Counted from the stretch's first letter, positions 10,566 through 20,123 are shown. The stretch is DNA of 64,000 bases from Bacillota bacterium (GCA_023437365.1 JAEZGK010000003.1:24922-88921); one strand, 5' to 3'. The notes: generated by a model from the sequence alone, not told the origin. A program made the numbers and translations.

Positions 10566-10638
10566 TGGAGACAGCTGGACTTGAACCAGTGGCCTCTTGC
10601 TTGTCGAGCAAGCGCTCTCCCAACTGAGCTATGCCTCC
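10566..10638 (-). tRNA. tRNA-Val(GAC)
   Basis: GGAGGCATAGCTCAG...CTTGC-TCGACAA-GCAAG...GGTTCAAGTCC...CTCCA. Confidence 0.93.
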
Positions 10639-10660
10639 CTGAACAGAATTAATATGAATA

Positions 10661-10706
10661 ACAGCTCCCCATGGGACTCGAACCCACGACCTACGCATTA
10701 CGAATG
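10661..10706 (-). repeat. att duplication: 3' part of tRNA-Thr(CGT), 46 bp
   Basis: Identical to 13276-13321 (ACAGCTCCCC...CATTACGAATG). Confidence 0.95.
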
Positions 10707-11069
10707 AGATAAATTGGGATTTATCATGTATTATCATTCTGTTTTTGAAACGCTGGAAGCATTGATTTTACTACGTTTCAAGGCTTTCTTAGTTTATCAT
10801 GCTTTATCCTTTTTTGTCAAGGTGAAATGAAAAAATCAAAAAATAAACGTCAAATAAACGTCAAGATAATTAACAGGTAATAAGCAGTAGGATATCGCTC
10901 CTGTTGAAAAAGCACAGTAAAAGTACGAGCACTTGGTTATCTTTGAAAGTCTATTGAAATGTTTACTATTTGATCCTTATACTTTCAAAATCACGTGTTG
11001 GGTTTATTTGACAAAATATGCTAGTTGATTTATAATATATGGTAAATAGAATACTAAGGAGGGGTTTAC

Positions 11070-11558
11070 ATGGCCTTAATTAATTGCAGAGAGTGTGGGA
11101 AAGAATATTCAGAACAAGCCGACAAATGTCCGAATTGTGGGTGCCCAACACAGCCGGGACAAAATATTGTCAAGGCGGAGATTACTACACGAAAGGGCGT
11201 GTGGTCAGCTGGAAGATTATCAATCGGTATAATTTCAATTCTTTTATTTGTTTTTGTTACATTTCAATCGTGCGCTGTTGGAATTGGGAATGCCATTCAG
11301 GACAATGGGGACACTTCTGGAACAAGCGGTTTTGCTCTTGGGATTTTTATTCTATTTGCAGGTATCGTAGGAATATGTACTAGAAACTCAAAAGGAAGAG
11401 TTGGCGCAATCATAACTAGTGTTCTATATTGGATCGCAGCATTATTTTCGCTGGGCGAAAAAGGAATGTATGCAGACCTTCCAATATGGGGTGTAATATC
11501 CTTTATATTTGGACTCGTATTCTTAATTGCAGCAATTCGAACCAACAAAATAAGATAG
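11070..11558 (+). CDS. Zinc-ribbon domain membrane protein (~4 TM)
   Basis: MALINCRECG...KCPNCGCP followed by hydrophobic segments; RBS AAGGAGG. Confidence 0.85.
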   Translation: MALINCRECGKEYSEQADKCPNCGCPTQPGQNIVKAEITTRKGVWSAGRLSIGIISILLFVFVTFQSCAVGIGNAIQDNGDTSGTSGFALGIFILFAGIVGICTRNSKGRVGAIITSVLYWIAALFSLGEKGMYADLPIWGVISFIFGLVFLIAAIRTNKIR

Positions 11559-11639
11559 GCCTTGTCTGCAAAATCACCCATGAACCGACAAGCCTATGGG
11601 TTTTATTATTCTCTATCATATACATAATTAGCATATACT

Positions 11640-11671
11640 AAGCCTTCCGAGGTTTCTCGAAGGGCTTTTTT
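11640..11671 (+). terminator. Intrinsic terminator
   Basis: AAGCCTTCCGAG...CTCGAAGGGCTT followed by a T-run. Confidence 0.7.
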
Positions 11672-11835
11672 CATGTTTTACTCAAATTGAATTTTTAATA
11701 AAAAATAATAAAATTTTAGAAATAAAATTTTTAATAAAAAAATAATAAAAAGTATTGATATTTATTATGAACTTAGTGTATAATTATGGTAATAAATAGC
11801 AAATGAAATAAATTATGCTTAAGTGTATTATTTGC

Positions 11836-11864
11836 TTGACATTTATCATATAATATAGTATAAC
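11836..11864 (+). promoter_or_regulatory. sigma-A promoter upstream of the hairpin repeats and pemK-like gene
   Basis: TTGACA-17-TATAAC; a second candidate TTGATA-18-TATAAT lies at about 11755-11784. Confidence 0.7.
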
Positions 11865-11870
11865 TATATT

Positions 11871-12000
11871 CGCTATTTTATAATGATAAACATTATTTTT
11901 TGGCCGAAGAGGCCGCTAAAAATAAGGAGTAAATTGACCGAAGAGGTCGCTCTGAGTGTTTTCTCAGATTGGGGTTGTAGATAAATTCTATAACCCTTTT
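11871..12000 (+). ncRNA. Candidate structured leader or antitoxin RNA with two GAAGA-loop hairpin repeats
   Basis: TTGGCCGAAGAGGCCGCT (11900-11917) and TTGACCGAAGAGGTCGCT (11934-11951) with a compensatory pair change; ends in a terminator. Confidence 0.6.
11972..12000 (+). terminator. Intrinsic terminator directly before the pemK-like RBS
   Basis: GGGTTGTAGA-TAAAT-TCTATAACCC-TTTT. Confidence 0.75.
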
Positions 12001-12015
12001 ATAATGGGGGATAAA

Positions 12016-12669
12016 ATGGCTCTTTCAAATTACATAAGATCAATTACGGAAATGAATATCTTAACGGCAAGCATGTCAAATACAGATGAAATATCAAGAT
12101 TCTCAAAATCTGATATTTTTTGGGCTACAAAGAAAAAAGCACCGTTAGCAAGCAGAAAAATTATAAAAGGTGATGTATACCAGTTTGAGTTTGGCAAGAA
12201 TTTTATTCCTGAAATGTCTTATGAACACAGAGGTTTAGTTATAGGCGTAGCTGGAAAATTATTATATGTTTTACCGATATGCTCTTATAACGCCAGCATT
12301 CAGGATCATGTTAGTGCTTATCACCCAATAGATAACATTAATCCAAAGAGTAATTTTTATTTACTTAAAGACACTGAGTTCCCGTTTCTTAAGCATAATT
12401 CGGTATTAAAACTAAACGATTTAAAAACTCTCAGTGTGAATCGTATTATGTTTCAGCAAGGTAATATATCGATAGCATCTCAGACATATGTAGATATAGA
12501 GAAGATGGCCTTTGGAAAATGCTTTCCTAATTTTTCTTTCGAATTTAATAGAATGGAAAATGAAATTCAAACACTAAAACAGGAGTTGGCAGCAAAAGAT
12601 ACGGATATAATTTCTTTAGAAAATTCGATAAAATTATTGCAAGAAGAGATAGCAATTACGAAAGAATAG
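12016..12669 (+). CDS. PemK/MazF-like putative endoribonuclease toxin with C-terminal coiled coil
   Basis: KGDVYQFEFGKNFIPEMSYEHRGLVI...YVLPICS...SVLKLNDLKTLSVNRI resembles the PemK-fold pattern; heptad-rich tail; RBS GGGGGA, 217 aa. Confidence 0.7.
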   Translation: MALSNYIRSITEMNILTASMSNTDEISRFSKSDIFWATKKKAPLASRKIIKGDVYQFEFGKNFIPEMSYEHRGLVIGVAGKLLYVLPICSYNASIQDHVSAYHPIDNINPKSNFYLLKDTEFPFLKHNSVLKLNDLKTLSVNRIMFQQGNISIASQTYVDIEKMAFGKCFPNFSFEFNRMENEIQTLKQELAAKDTDIISLENSIKLLQEEIAITKE

Positions 12670-12677
12670 ATAACCTT

Positions 12678-12726
12678 TAAACAAAGCCAGGCAGCAGTCG
12701 TTATGATTGTGCCTGGCTTTGTTTTA
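12678..12726 (+). terminator. Terminator after the pemK-like gene
   Basis: AAACAAAGCCAGGCA...TGCCTGGCTTTGTTTT. Confidence 0.8.
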
Positions 12727-12763
12727 AAATTGAGACAAAACAAAACTATAAGGAGAGGATACG

Positions 12764-12942
12764 GTGGCAATTCTATCAACAAAAGAAGTGATGGAGAAAT
12801 TCAAAATTGGTTCCTTCACAACCATTCTAATGCTGTTCAGAGAAAAAAATCTCCTGCCTTCCGTGCAGGGAAGAACTGGCGAGTTGATGAAGATGACTTC
12901 AAGAAGTTTCTGCAGGAGAGAAGTGCAAAGTACAAAGGGTAG
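12764..12942 (+). pseudogene. Frameshifted excisionase/HTH_17-type DNA-binding protein
   Basis: GTG start with RBS AGGAGAGG gives MAILSTKEVMEKFKIG...LFREK; the -1 frame continues KSPAFRAGKNWRVDEDDFKKFL across the A7 run at 12843-12849. Confidence 0.75.
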
Positions 12943-12982
12943 ATCGGAAGAAAAATTACAGACCGTTAGGTAAGATTAAATT

Positions 12983-13141
12983 ATGTCGGATGTTGAAGGC
13001 AAGATCAATAAGAAAATTGATGTTGAGCGCTTCTTTTCTATGCTGGAAATTTTGTTAACAGAAGAATATGGAGTCGAAATAAAATTTACATTGAAGTACA
13101 AGGACCAATCGAAGCAACCTATAAAGGAGCAGCATGAATGA
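12983..13141 (+). CDS. Small hypothetical protein (52 aa), island-encoded
   Basis: MSDVEGKINKKIDVERFFSMLEILLTEEYGVEIKFTLK...; below the track cutoff, weak RBS. Confidence 0.5.
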   Translation: MSDVEGKINKKIDVERFFSMLEILLTEEYGVEIKFTLKYKDQSKQPIKEQHE

Positions 13142-13277
13142 ACTTGTATCACTAAAAGTGATAGTGTTGCTTATTCCGTGATTTTGTCCGTTATTTGTCC
13201 GTTGAGAGCTTGCGCTGACATTAAATAAAAAAAAGTAAAAAGCCATACAATCCAGAGATTATAAGGCTTTCATTGAC

Positions 13278-13350
<73 letters not shown>

Positions 13351-13479
13351 ATATAATAAATATCATCAGTATTTACCGGCAGGATATATCTCCTGAGACA
13401 GGCTACTCAACTATTCTATTATAAACACTATAAAAATTCAAGGACTTTTTCACAGAATCTATTTAGAAAATGATAATAA

Positions 13480-13507
13480 GGCCTCCTGTGTTTAAACACA
13501 GGAGGCC
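13480..13507. terminator. Perfect hairpin after degV (likely terminator)
   Basis: GGCCTCCTGTGTTT-AAACACAGGAGGCC. Confidence 0.7.
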
Positions 13508-13527
13508 ATTGTTTTACTTAGTATTAG

Positions 13528-14397
13528 TTACCGCTTTTCACCCATAAAGCAGAGACCGATGGCACCCGGACCGGAGTGCGCTCCGATGCTGGGGCTGACA
13601 TAATTAATGATGATCTGTCTGCCGGGCAGCTTATCTAAAATTAATTCCTTGAGATATAAAGCATCTTCAAGCGCATCACCATGAGCAATACAGATAGCTT
13701 CGTCGCTGTCCCGATACTTACCCATACAATCCAGCATATCGTTACATATTGTATTTAGGGATTTTTTACGGCCCCTTGCCGAGGACAGTGCCACCAGCTG
13801 CCCCTCCGGATTTACGAATAGAATAGGCTTGATATTGATCATAGAACCAATCACCGCAGTCGTCTTGGAAATCCTTCCGCCCCGGTGCAGATGAAACAGA
13901 TCATCTACAGTAAAACGTACACAGAATTCCTGCTTATGCTCCTCCAGCCATGAGGCAGTTTCGTCTATGGATTTTCCTTCTTCTCTTAGCTGAACAGCTT
14001 TCATGACAAAGAGCCCTTCCCCCATGGAAGCATTCAGTGTATCAATCACAAGGATTTTTGCATTGGGGTACTCCTCCAGGATTTCATTTGCTCCGGTTAC
14101 TACATTACTGCAGCCGCCGCTTAATGCGGAGGAAAAACTAATATGTAATATTTCAAAGCCCTGGTCTAGGTAACCTATGAAGGTCTTTCTGATCACCTCA
14201 GGATTACTTGCCATAGTAGTAGGCATGATTCCGCCACGCATCTTATCATAGAATTCCTTTGGGGTGAGATTGACCTCATCACCGTAGGTGACTCCCTCCA
14301 AATCATAATAATGAGGAATGATACCGATTTGCTTTTCTTTGATGTATGCGTCAAGTAAATCTGAGTTTGAATCAGCAGTAATAACGAATTTGCTCAT
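13528..14397 (-). CDS. DegV family fatty-acid-binding protein
   Basis: ITADSNSDL, ISFSSALSG, HLHRGGRIS, IGAHSGPG. Confidence 0.93.
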   Translation of the reverse strand: MSKFVITADSNSDLLDAYIKEKQIGIIPHYYDLEGVTYGDEVNLTPKEFYDKMRGGIMPTTMASNPEVIRKTFIGYLDQGFEILHISFSSALSGGCSNVVTGANEILEEYPNAKILVIDTLNASMGEGLFVMKAVQLREEGKSIDETASWLEEHKQEFCVRFTVDDLFHLHRGGRISKTTAVIGSMINIKPILFVNPEGQLVALSSARGRKKSLNTICNDMLDCMGKYRDSDEAICIAHGDALEDALYLKELILDKLPGRQIIINYVSPSIGAHSGPGAIGLCFMGEKR

Positions 14398-14591
14398 CTT
14401 ATTCCCTCCCATTAGTAATAGCTAATTCTATTCTACAGGACGCTTTCTCTTTTCGCAACTTAATTTTATACTCTGCTTATACTCTACTGCAAATAACCGG
14501 ATTGCTTCCATAAAGAATTAGAGTGAGTCTGCTTCGGCTCAGGCAGAGGATGCGAAAAGAAGCAATCCGATTATTCAAGACTAGACTAATT

Positions 14592-15164
14592 TTATTTTAA
14601 CTCCCTTCCCACCATGGAACAGTATTCCTGAAATTCGGGTATGCTTCTGGCGGCAGTGGGAGTTTCTTTTTTTATGGAATACGGGACCTTCAGGATAGTC
14701 TTAACGGTTCCGGGACTACCGGACAGTACTACGATGCGATCTGAGAGACTAACAGCTTCTTCGATATCCTCCGTAACCAGGATGGCTGTTTTCCCCTCCT
14801 TATGAAGCATCTCCTGTAATTCCTCCGCGGCTGAGCGACGTGCTTCGCCCTGTAGAGCGGAGAAGGGCTCATCCATCAGGAGAATATCCGTATCCAGAGA
14901 AAGGGTCTTAAGAATAGAAGCTCTGGATTTATAATGCTCGGAGGGTTTGATATCCCTGCCGTTAATATATATTAAGCCTTTGGTGGGAAGGATACAGCCG
15001 GCTATCAAAGAAAGAAGAGTGGATTTTCCGCAGCCTTCCGGACCTAGAATACTGATGAATTCTCCTTCCGATACTCGAAAGGATACATCCTTTAAAGCAT
15101 CGATATCCTGTTCAGGACAGTGATAGGTATAGCTTAAATGGTCGATTTTTAATAATTCGCCCAT
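14592..15164 (-). CDS. Degenerate NitT/TauT-like ABC ATP-binding protein
   Basis: Walker A GPEGCGKS and Walker B LLMDEPF are present; Q-loop/helical subdomain and LSGGQ are absent; H-loop reads VTED. Confidence 0.75.
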   Translation of the reverse strand: MGELLKIDHLSYTYHCPEQDIDALKDVSFRVSEGEFISILGPEGCGKSTLLSLIAGCILPTKGLIYINGRDIKPSEHYKSRASILKTLSLDTDILLMDEPFSALQGEARRSAAEELQEMLHKEGKTAILVTEDIEEAVSLSDRIVVLSGSPGTVKTILKVPYSIKKETPTAARSIPEFQEYCSMVGRELK

Positions 15165-15283
15165 GAGTTACCTCCATACTTTCATAATTTATTATATGAT
15201 TTCAGCGTAAAAAAGGTGAGGTACTCATTGCAGACAATGCATGCTTTGCCTGTACAGCTTATGTAGAATACATACGATCATAC

Positions 15284-15361
15284 ATAGGCTTCATTGACAA
15301 TAGGCTTCATGACAATAGGCTTCATGACAATAGGCTTCATTGACAATAGGCTTCATTGACC
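15284..15361. repeat. Tandem repeat, 5 x 15-16 bp ATAGGCTTCAT(T)GACA
   Basis: Directly visible; abuts the gcv -35 box. Confidence 0.95.
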
Positions 15362-15363
15362 AA

Positions 15364-15392
15364 TTGACATTATCCTATACGATGAATATAAT
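15364..15392 (+). promoter_or_regulatory. sigma-A promoter of the gcv operon
   Basis: TTGACA-17-TATAAT. Confidence 0.85.
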
Positions 15393-15427
15393 AATAATAT
15401 AAATTATGTGAGAATTCACAGGTATAT

Positions 15428-15640
15428 GGGTCGGTTGAAGGAATTGGGAGAGACCATAATCTATGGAGCCGAAGGGGTATGCGAAAACTCTCAGGCAAAA
15501 GGACCATTTCTGGACGATACTCTGGAAAACGATTCGGCACCGAAGAAGCAATTTTCTGCCAGGGATATGTGTAGCAGGGGAGAATCTTTCAGGTAAACCA
15601 ACAGAGGCGTATTGATTTATTTCAGTACGTCTTTTTTATT
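15428..15640 (+). promoter_or_regulatory. Tandem glycine riboswitch with terminator
   Basis: GGAGAG..CCGAAGG..CTCTCAGG and CTCTGGAAA..CACCGAAG..CTTTCAGG..ACAGAG; terminator GGCGTATTGA..TCAGTACGTC-T6; upstream of gcvT. Confidence 0.92.
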
Positions 15641-15686
15641 GCCCAAAAGTAAACAATCATAAGGATTTGAAAGGAGGAGGAAATGA

Positions 15687-16814
15687 ATGGAGCAGAAAAC
15701 TCCCTTATATAGCTGTCATGTGAAGGCAGGGGGAAGACTTGTTCCCTTTGCAGGCTATCTGTTGCCGGTTCAGTATGAGACCGGAGTCATCACAGAGCAT
15801 ATGGCGGTCAGGACATCGGCAGGGCTTTTTGATGTATCTCATATGGGTGAGGTAAGGATTTTTGGAAAGGATGCTTTCAACAATGTCCAAAGACTGGTAA
15901 CCAATGACTGCAGCCATATGTATGACGGGCAGGTGAAATATAGCCCTATGTGCAATGAAAACGGGGGTGTAATTGATGACCTTCTGGTATATCAGAAGAA
16001 TAAGGAGGACTATCTGATTGTAGTAAATGCAGCAAACCGTGCCAAGGATGTGGAATGGATGAAAAATCATATATCCGGAGCGGTGACACTGACAGATCTC
16101 TCTGATGAGATGGCTCAATTGGCACTTCAGGGACCGAGGTCAAAGGAAATCCTAAGCCGTATCGTCCCGGAGGAACAGTTGCCTGCGAGGTATTACAGCT
16201 TCCGTGAGGAGGTTAATGTAGGAGGAATATCCTGTCTGATCTCCAGAACTGGTTACACCGGTGAGGACGGTTATGAGCTTTACTGCAGACCAAAGGAGGC
16301 AAACGCCTTGTGGGAGCTGCTGCTTGAGGTCGGTAATTCCCCGGCAAAAGGGGAGGATGCTTCTATAGGCAAACCTGTAATTATTCCCTGCGGACTTGGG
16401 GCTAGAGATACCCTGCGGCTCGAGGCGGCCATGCCGCTTTACGGTCATGAGATGGATGAGACGATTTCACCATTGGAGACCGGACTGGGCTTTGCTGTAA
16501 AGCTGGATAAAAAGGAATTTATAGGCAAAGCAGGGATACTCAGCAGAGGAGAACCGACGAGGACTCGGGTTGGATTGATGATTACGGGAAGAGGGATCGC
16601 CCGGGAAGGATGTACGGTATATGCCGGCGAGCAAGAAATCGGCAGAACAACCTCAGGTACACATTGTCCCTATCTTGGCGGACCCATGGCTATGGCTTTG
16701 CTGGAGAAGAGTTACAGTACCCCTGGTACGGAGCTGGAGGTCGATGTCAGGGGAAGAAGGATTACTGCTCAGGTGGTAACACTGCCTTTCTATAAGCGGT
16801 TAGAGATGGAATAG
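15687..16814 (+). CDS. gcvT: Glycine cleavage system T protein
   Basis: GLFDVSHMG, SRTGYTGEDGYE, GLGARDTLRLEA. Confidence 0.97.
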   Translation: MEQKTPLYSCHVKAGGRLVPFAGYLLPVQYETGVITEHMAVRTSAGLFDVSHMGEVRIFGKDAFNNVQRLVTNDCSHMYDGQVKYSPMCNENGGVIDDLLVYQKNKEDYLIVVNAANRAKDVEWMKNHISGAVTLTDLSDEMAQLALQGPRSKEILSRIVPEEQLPARYYSFREEVNVGGISCLISRTGYTGEDGYELYCRPKEANALWELLLEVGNSPAKGEDASIGKPVIIPCGLGARDTLRLEAAMPLYGHEMDETISPLETGLGFAVKLDKKEFIGKAGILSRGEPTRTRVGLMITGRGIAREGCTVYAGEQEIGRTTSGTHCPYLGGPMAMALLEKSYSTPGTELEVDVRGRRITAQVVTLPFYKRLEME

Positions 16815-16902
16815 AGGAATAGAAGGCAGCATTAGAAAAGCTCAATGCTACAAAAATAAATAAATATGCGCATAAGACACGCGCAGAATCTGGAGGGAAT
16901 AT

Positions 16903-17265
16903 ATGAAGGAATATATGTTTACAAAATCTCACGAGTGGGTGAAATATGAAAATGATACGACTGCTCATATCGGTATTTCCGATTATGCGCAAAAGCAGTT
17001 GGGAGATCTGGTCTTTGTCAATCTGCCTGAGGTGGGTGACGATCTGGTAGCCGGAGAGGAATTTGCTGATGTCGAGTCTGTGAAAGCAGTTTCCAGTATC
17101 TATAGTCCGGTCACCGGTAAGGTGATCGCCGTGAATGAAGAGCTTTTGGATCATCCAGAACTGATTAATGCCGATGCATATGAGGCATGGCTTGTCGAGG
17201 TCAGGGAAATAACCGACCAGTCAGAGCTTTTCACAGAAGAGGAATATAATGCACTTCATTCATAA
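16903..17265 (+). CDS. gcvH: Glycine cleavage system H protein
   Basis: SHEWV, GISDYAQ, ESVKAVS lipoyl lysine. Confidence 0.97.
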   Translation: MKEYMFTKSHEWVKYENDTTAHIGISDYAQKQLGDLVFVNLPEVGDDLVAGEEFADVESVKAVSSIYSPVTGKVIAVNEELLDHPELINADAYEAWLVEVREITDQSELFTEEEYNALHS

Positions 17266-17280
17266 GAAGGAGGTTAGTTT

Positions 17281-18603
17281 ATGGGGACCTATGTGCCTAA
17301 TACAGACAAGGAACAAAAGGAGATGCTCTCTGCACTTGGCTTATCCGGAATTGAGGAGCTTTTCCGTGTTGTTCCAACCGAAGTTCTATTAAAGGAACCC
17401 TTGAAGCTGGATAAAGGATTATCGGAATATGAGGTTAGGCGGCGTATCACAGAGATTGCCGAAAAGAATAAGACATTTCGCATGATATTTCGCGGTGCGG
17501 GAGCTTATCACCATTATATTCCCTCCATCGTTACGCAGATTACCTCCAAAGAGGAATTCGTAACTGCCTATACTCCCTATCAGGCAGAGATCAGTCAGGG
17601 AATTCTGCAGTCCATCTTCGAGTATCAGACGATGATCTGTGAGCTGACCGGAATGGATGTATCCAATGCTTCTGTATACGATGGAGCAACCGCTGCTGCA
17701 GAAGCGGTAATCATGTGCAGGGAGAGAAAGAGGAGTAAAGCAGTGATCTCGGCTGCGGTCCATCCTCAGACGATAGAGACAATCCGGACCTATTTGGATG
17801 GTACGGGGATGGAGCTAATCCTCGCTCCCGTAAGAGAGGGCAGGACCGATATTGAGCAGTTGTCTGCATTGCTCTCTGAGGATACGGCGTGTATTCTGCT
17901 GCAGCAGCCTAATTATTATGGTTTACTGGAGGACTGTGAAGCTGTCGGTAAGCTGACGACTGGCATTGATATCAAATACATCTTAAGCTGCAATCCGATC
18001 TCTCTCGGACTTCTGAAAGCGCCGATCGAATACGGTGCCGATATAGCAGTAGGAGAAGGACAGCCGCTTGGTATACCGCTCTCCTTCGGAGGACCCTATC
18101 TTGGCTTTATGGCAACGACGGAAAAGCTGATGAGAAGACTACCCGGACGAATCGTCGGTGAGACGACGGACTCTGCCGGCAACAGGGCATTTGTACTGAC
18201 CCTGCAGGCCAGAGAACAGCACATCCGCAGAGAAAAGGCTTCCAGCAATATCTGCTCCAACCAGGCTCTATGCGCAATGACGGCGGCAGTGTACCTCGAC
18301 GCTATGGGGAGGGAAGGACTCGGCAGGGTGGCACAGCTTTCCATGTCCAAAGCACATTACCTTGCCAGACGTTTATGTGAACGGGAGGAATTTGCCATGA
18401 CCTATCCGGGAGAATATTTTCACGAGTTTGTAACTGATTTCACAGGAAATGTAGATGACTTACTAAGTAAACTGGAGCAGCGTGGAATTCTTGGAGGGTA
18501 TCCGCTCGGAGAAGGGCGCATTCTATGGTGTGCCACGGAGATGAATACCAGGGAGGAGATCGATTTGCTGCTTCATCACATCGAGGAGGTGCTAGGGAAA
18601 TGA
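17281..18603 (+). CDS. gcvPA: Glycine dehydrogenase subunit 1
   Basis: [31 protein letters not shown]. Confidence 0.97.
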   Translation: MGTYVPNTDKEQKEMLSALGLSGIEELFRVVPTEVLLKEPLKLDKGLSEYEVRRRITEIAEKNKTFRMIFRGAGAYHHYIPSIVTQITSKEEFVTAYTPYQAEISQGILQSIFEYQTMICELTGMDVSNASVYDGATAAAEAVIMCRERKRSKAVISAAVHPQTIETIRTYLDGTGMELILAPVREGRTDIEQLSALLSEDTACILLQQPNYYGLLEDCEAVGKLTTGIDIKYILSCNPISLGLLKAPIEYGADIAVGEGQPLGIPLSFGGPYLGFMATTEKLMRRLPGRIVGETTDSAGNRAFVLTLQAREQHIRREKASSNICSNQALCAMTAAVYLDAMGREGLGRVAQLSMSKAHYLARRLCEREEFAMTYPGEYFHEFVTDFTGNVDDLLSKLEQRGILGGYPLGEGRILWCATEMNTREEIDLLLHHIEEVLGK

Positions 18604-20048
18604 AGCTGATATTCGAGAAGAGTAATCAGGGCAGAGGCTTAAGTCTGTTGCCGGATTGTGATGTTCCGGTTATCACACCCTCTCAGGCATATGCCAGAAC
18701 CAAGGAGCTTCGTCTGCCGGAGGTATCGGAGACAGAGCTTTCCAGACATTATACTCAGTTGATGAAGCGCACCTTCGGTGTCAATGACGGTTTTTATCCG
18801 CTTGGTTCCTGTACGATGAAGTACAATCCGAAGATTAACGAGGATATGGCCAGGCTTCCGGGCTTTACCGGAATACATCCTTTGCAGCCTGAGCGAACGA
18901 TACAAGGCTGTCTTGAGGTAATGAGTCGGGCAGAAGAAGCATTATGTGAGATCACCGGTATGGATGCCATCGATTTCTCACCTGCGGCTGGTGCACACGG
19001 GGAATATACGGGTCTGAAGCTCATAAGGGCGTATCATCAGAATCGCCGGGATAGGAAGAGAACCAAGATCATTGTTCCAGATTCTGCCCATGGGACGAAT
19101 CCGGCAAGTGCCACTATGGCAGGCTTTGAGGTAATCAATGTACCCTCTGATCAGAAAGGCCGGGTGGATTTGGAACAGCTGCGTAAAGCTGCCGGTGAAG
19201 ATACGGCGGGCTTCATGCTGACCAATCCGAATACTTTGGGGATATTCGATGAAAATATCCTTGAAGTAACCAAAATTATACATGAAGCCGGAGGTTTGAA
19301 TTATTATGACGGTGCAAATCTAAATGCTATCCTGGGAATTGCCAGACCGGGTGATATGGGTTTTGATGTGGTGCATCTCAACCTTCATAAGACCTTTTCC
19401 ACACCACACGGAGGAGGCGGTCCGGGTAGTGGTCCGGTAGGCTGTAAGGAGTTTCTGATACGGTATCTGCCTTCTCCGCGGATTATTATCACGGACGGGA
19501 AATATCAGTTTGCCGATCCGTCCAAAACCAGTATCGGTCGGGTGAAAGCCTTCCATGGTAACTTCCTGGTTGTGGTAAGAGCACTTACTTATCTATTGAG
19601 CCTTGGTAGCGATGGCCTTCGTAACGCTTCGGAGAATGCAGTATTAAATGCCAACTATATGCTGCATCTCCTCGCGGATGTCTTCGACATTCCCTTTGCT
19701 CCGCCCTGTATGCATGAGTTTGTACTTTCTCTGGAGGAACTGAAGAAGGAAAAGGAGGTTTCAGCCCTTGATTTTGCCAAGGCGCTGCTAGATTACGGCA
19801 TACATCCACCGACGATGTATTTTCCTCTGATTGTCCATGAGGCTCTGATGGTGGAGCCGACGGAGACAGAGTCCAAGGAGACTCTGGAGGAGGTCGCTGT
19901 GATTTTTAAAAGGGTGTATGAGAAGGCGCTTGAGAATCCCGAGCTATTACAGCATTGTCCCCAGACAACCCCCATCGGTAGGCCGGATGAAGTAAAGGCA
20001 GCCAGAAATCCGGTGGTAAGCTACAGCTTCCCTGAAGAAACAGCTTAG
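18600..20048 (+). CDS. gcvPB: Glycine dehydrogenase subunit 2
   Basis: [30 protein letters not shown]; start at MKLIFE. Confidence 0.97.
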   Translation: MKLIFEKSNQGRGLSLLPDCDVPVITPSQAYARTKELRLPEVSETELSRHYTQLMKRTFGVNDGFYPLGSCTMKYNPKINEDMARLPGFTGIHPLQPERTIQGCLEVMSRAEEALCEITGMDAIDFSPAAGAHGEYTGLKLIRAYHQNRRDRKRTKIIVPDSAHGTNPASATMAGFEVINVPSDQKGRVDLEQLRKAAGEDTAGFMLTNPNTLGIFDENILEVTKIIHEAGGLNYYDGANLNAILGIARPGDMGFDVVHLNLHKTFSTPHGGGGPGSGPVGCKEFLIRYLPSPRIIITDGKYQFADPSKTSIGRVKAFHGNFLVVVRALTYLLSLGSDGLRNASENAVLNANYMLHLLADVFDIPFAPPCMHEFVLSLEELKKEKEVSALDFAKALLDYGIHPPTMYFPLIVHEALMVEPTETESKETLEEVAVIFKRVYEKALENPELLQHCPQTTPIGRPDEVKAARNPVVSYSFPEETA

Positions 20049-20123
20049 GAGAGATACAGTCTTCAGAATCATGGTATGGGAGTAATACAAATTCCCAGAA
20101 AAACAGGATAGGAGAGTTCTCTA

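Noticed and set aside
10661..10706. Second tRNA-Thr gene
   Set aside because: Only the 3' part is present (no D-arm or 5' acceptor strand); it is an att duplication.
11900..11951. Lambda-type nut/boxB antitermination sites
   Set aside because: The GAAGA pentaloops resemble boxB, but no boxA or N-like arginine-rich protein is seen; kept only as an alternative to the RNA-antitoxin model.
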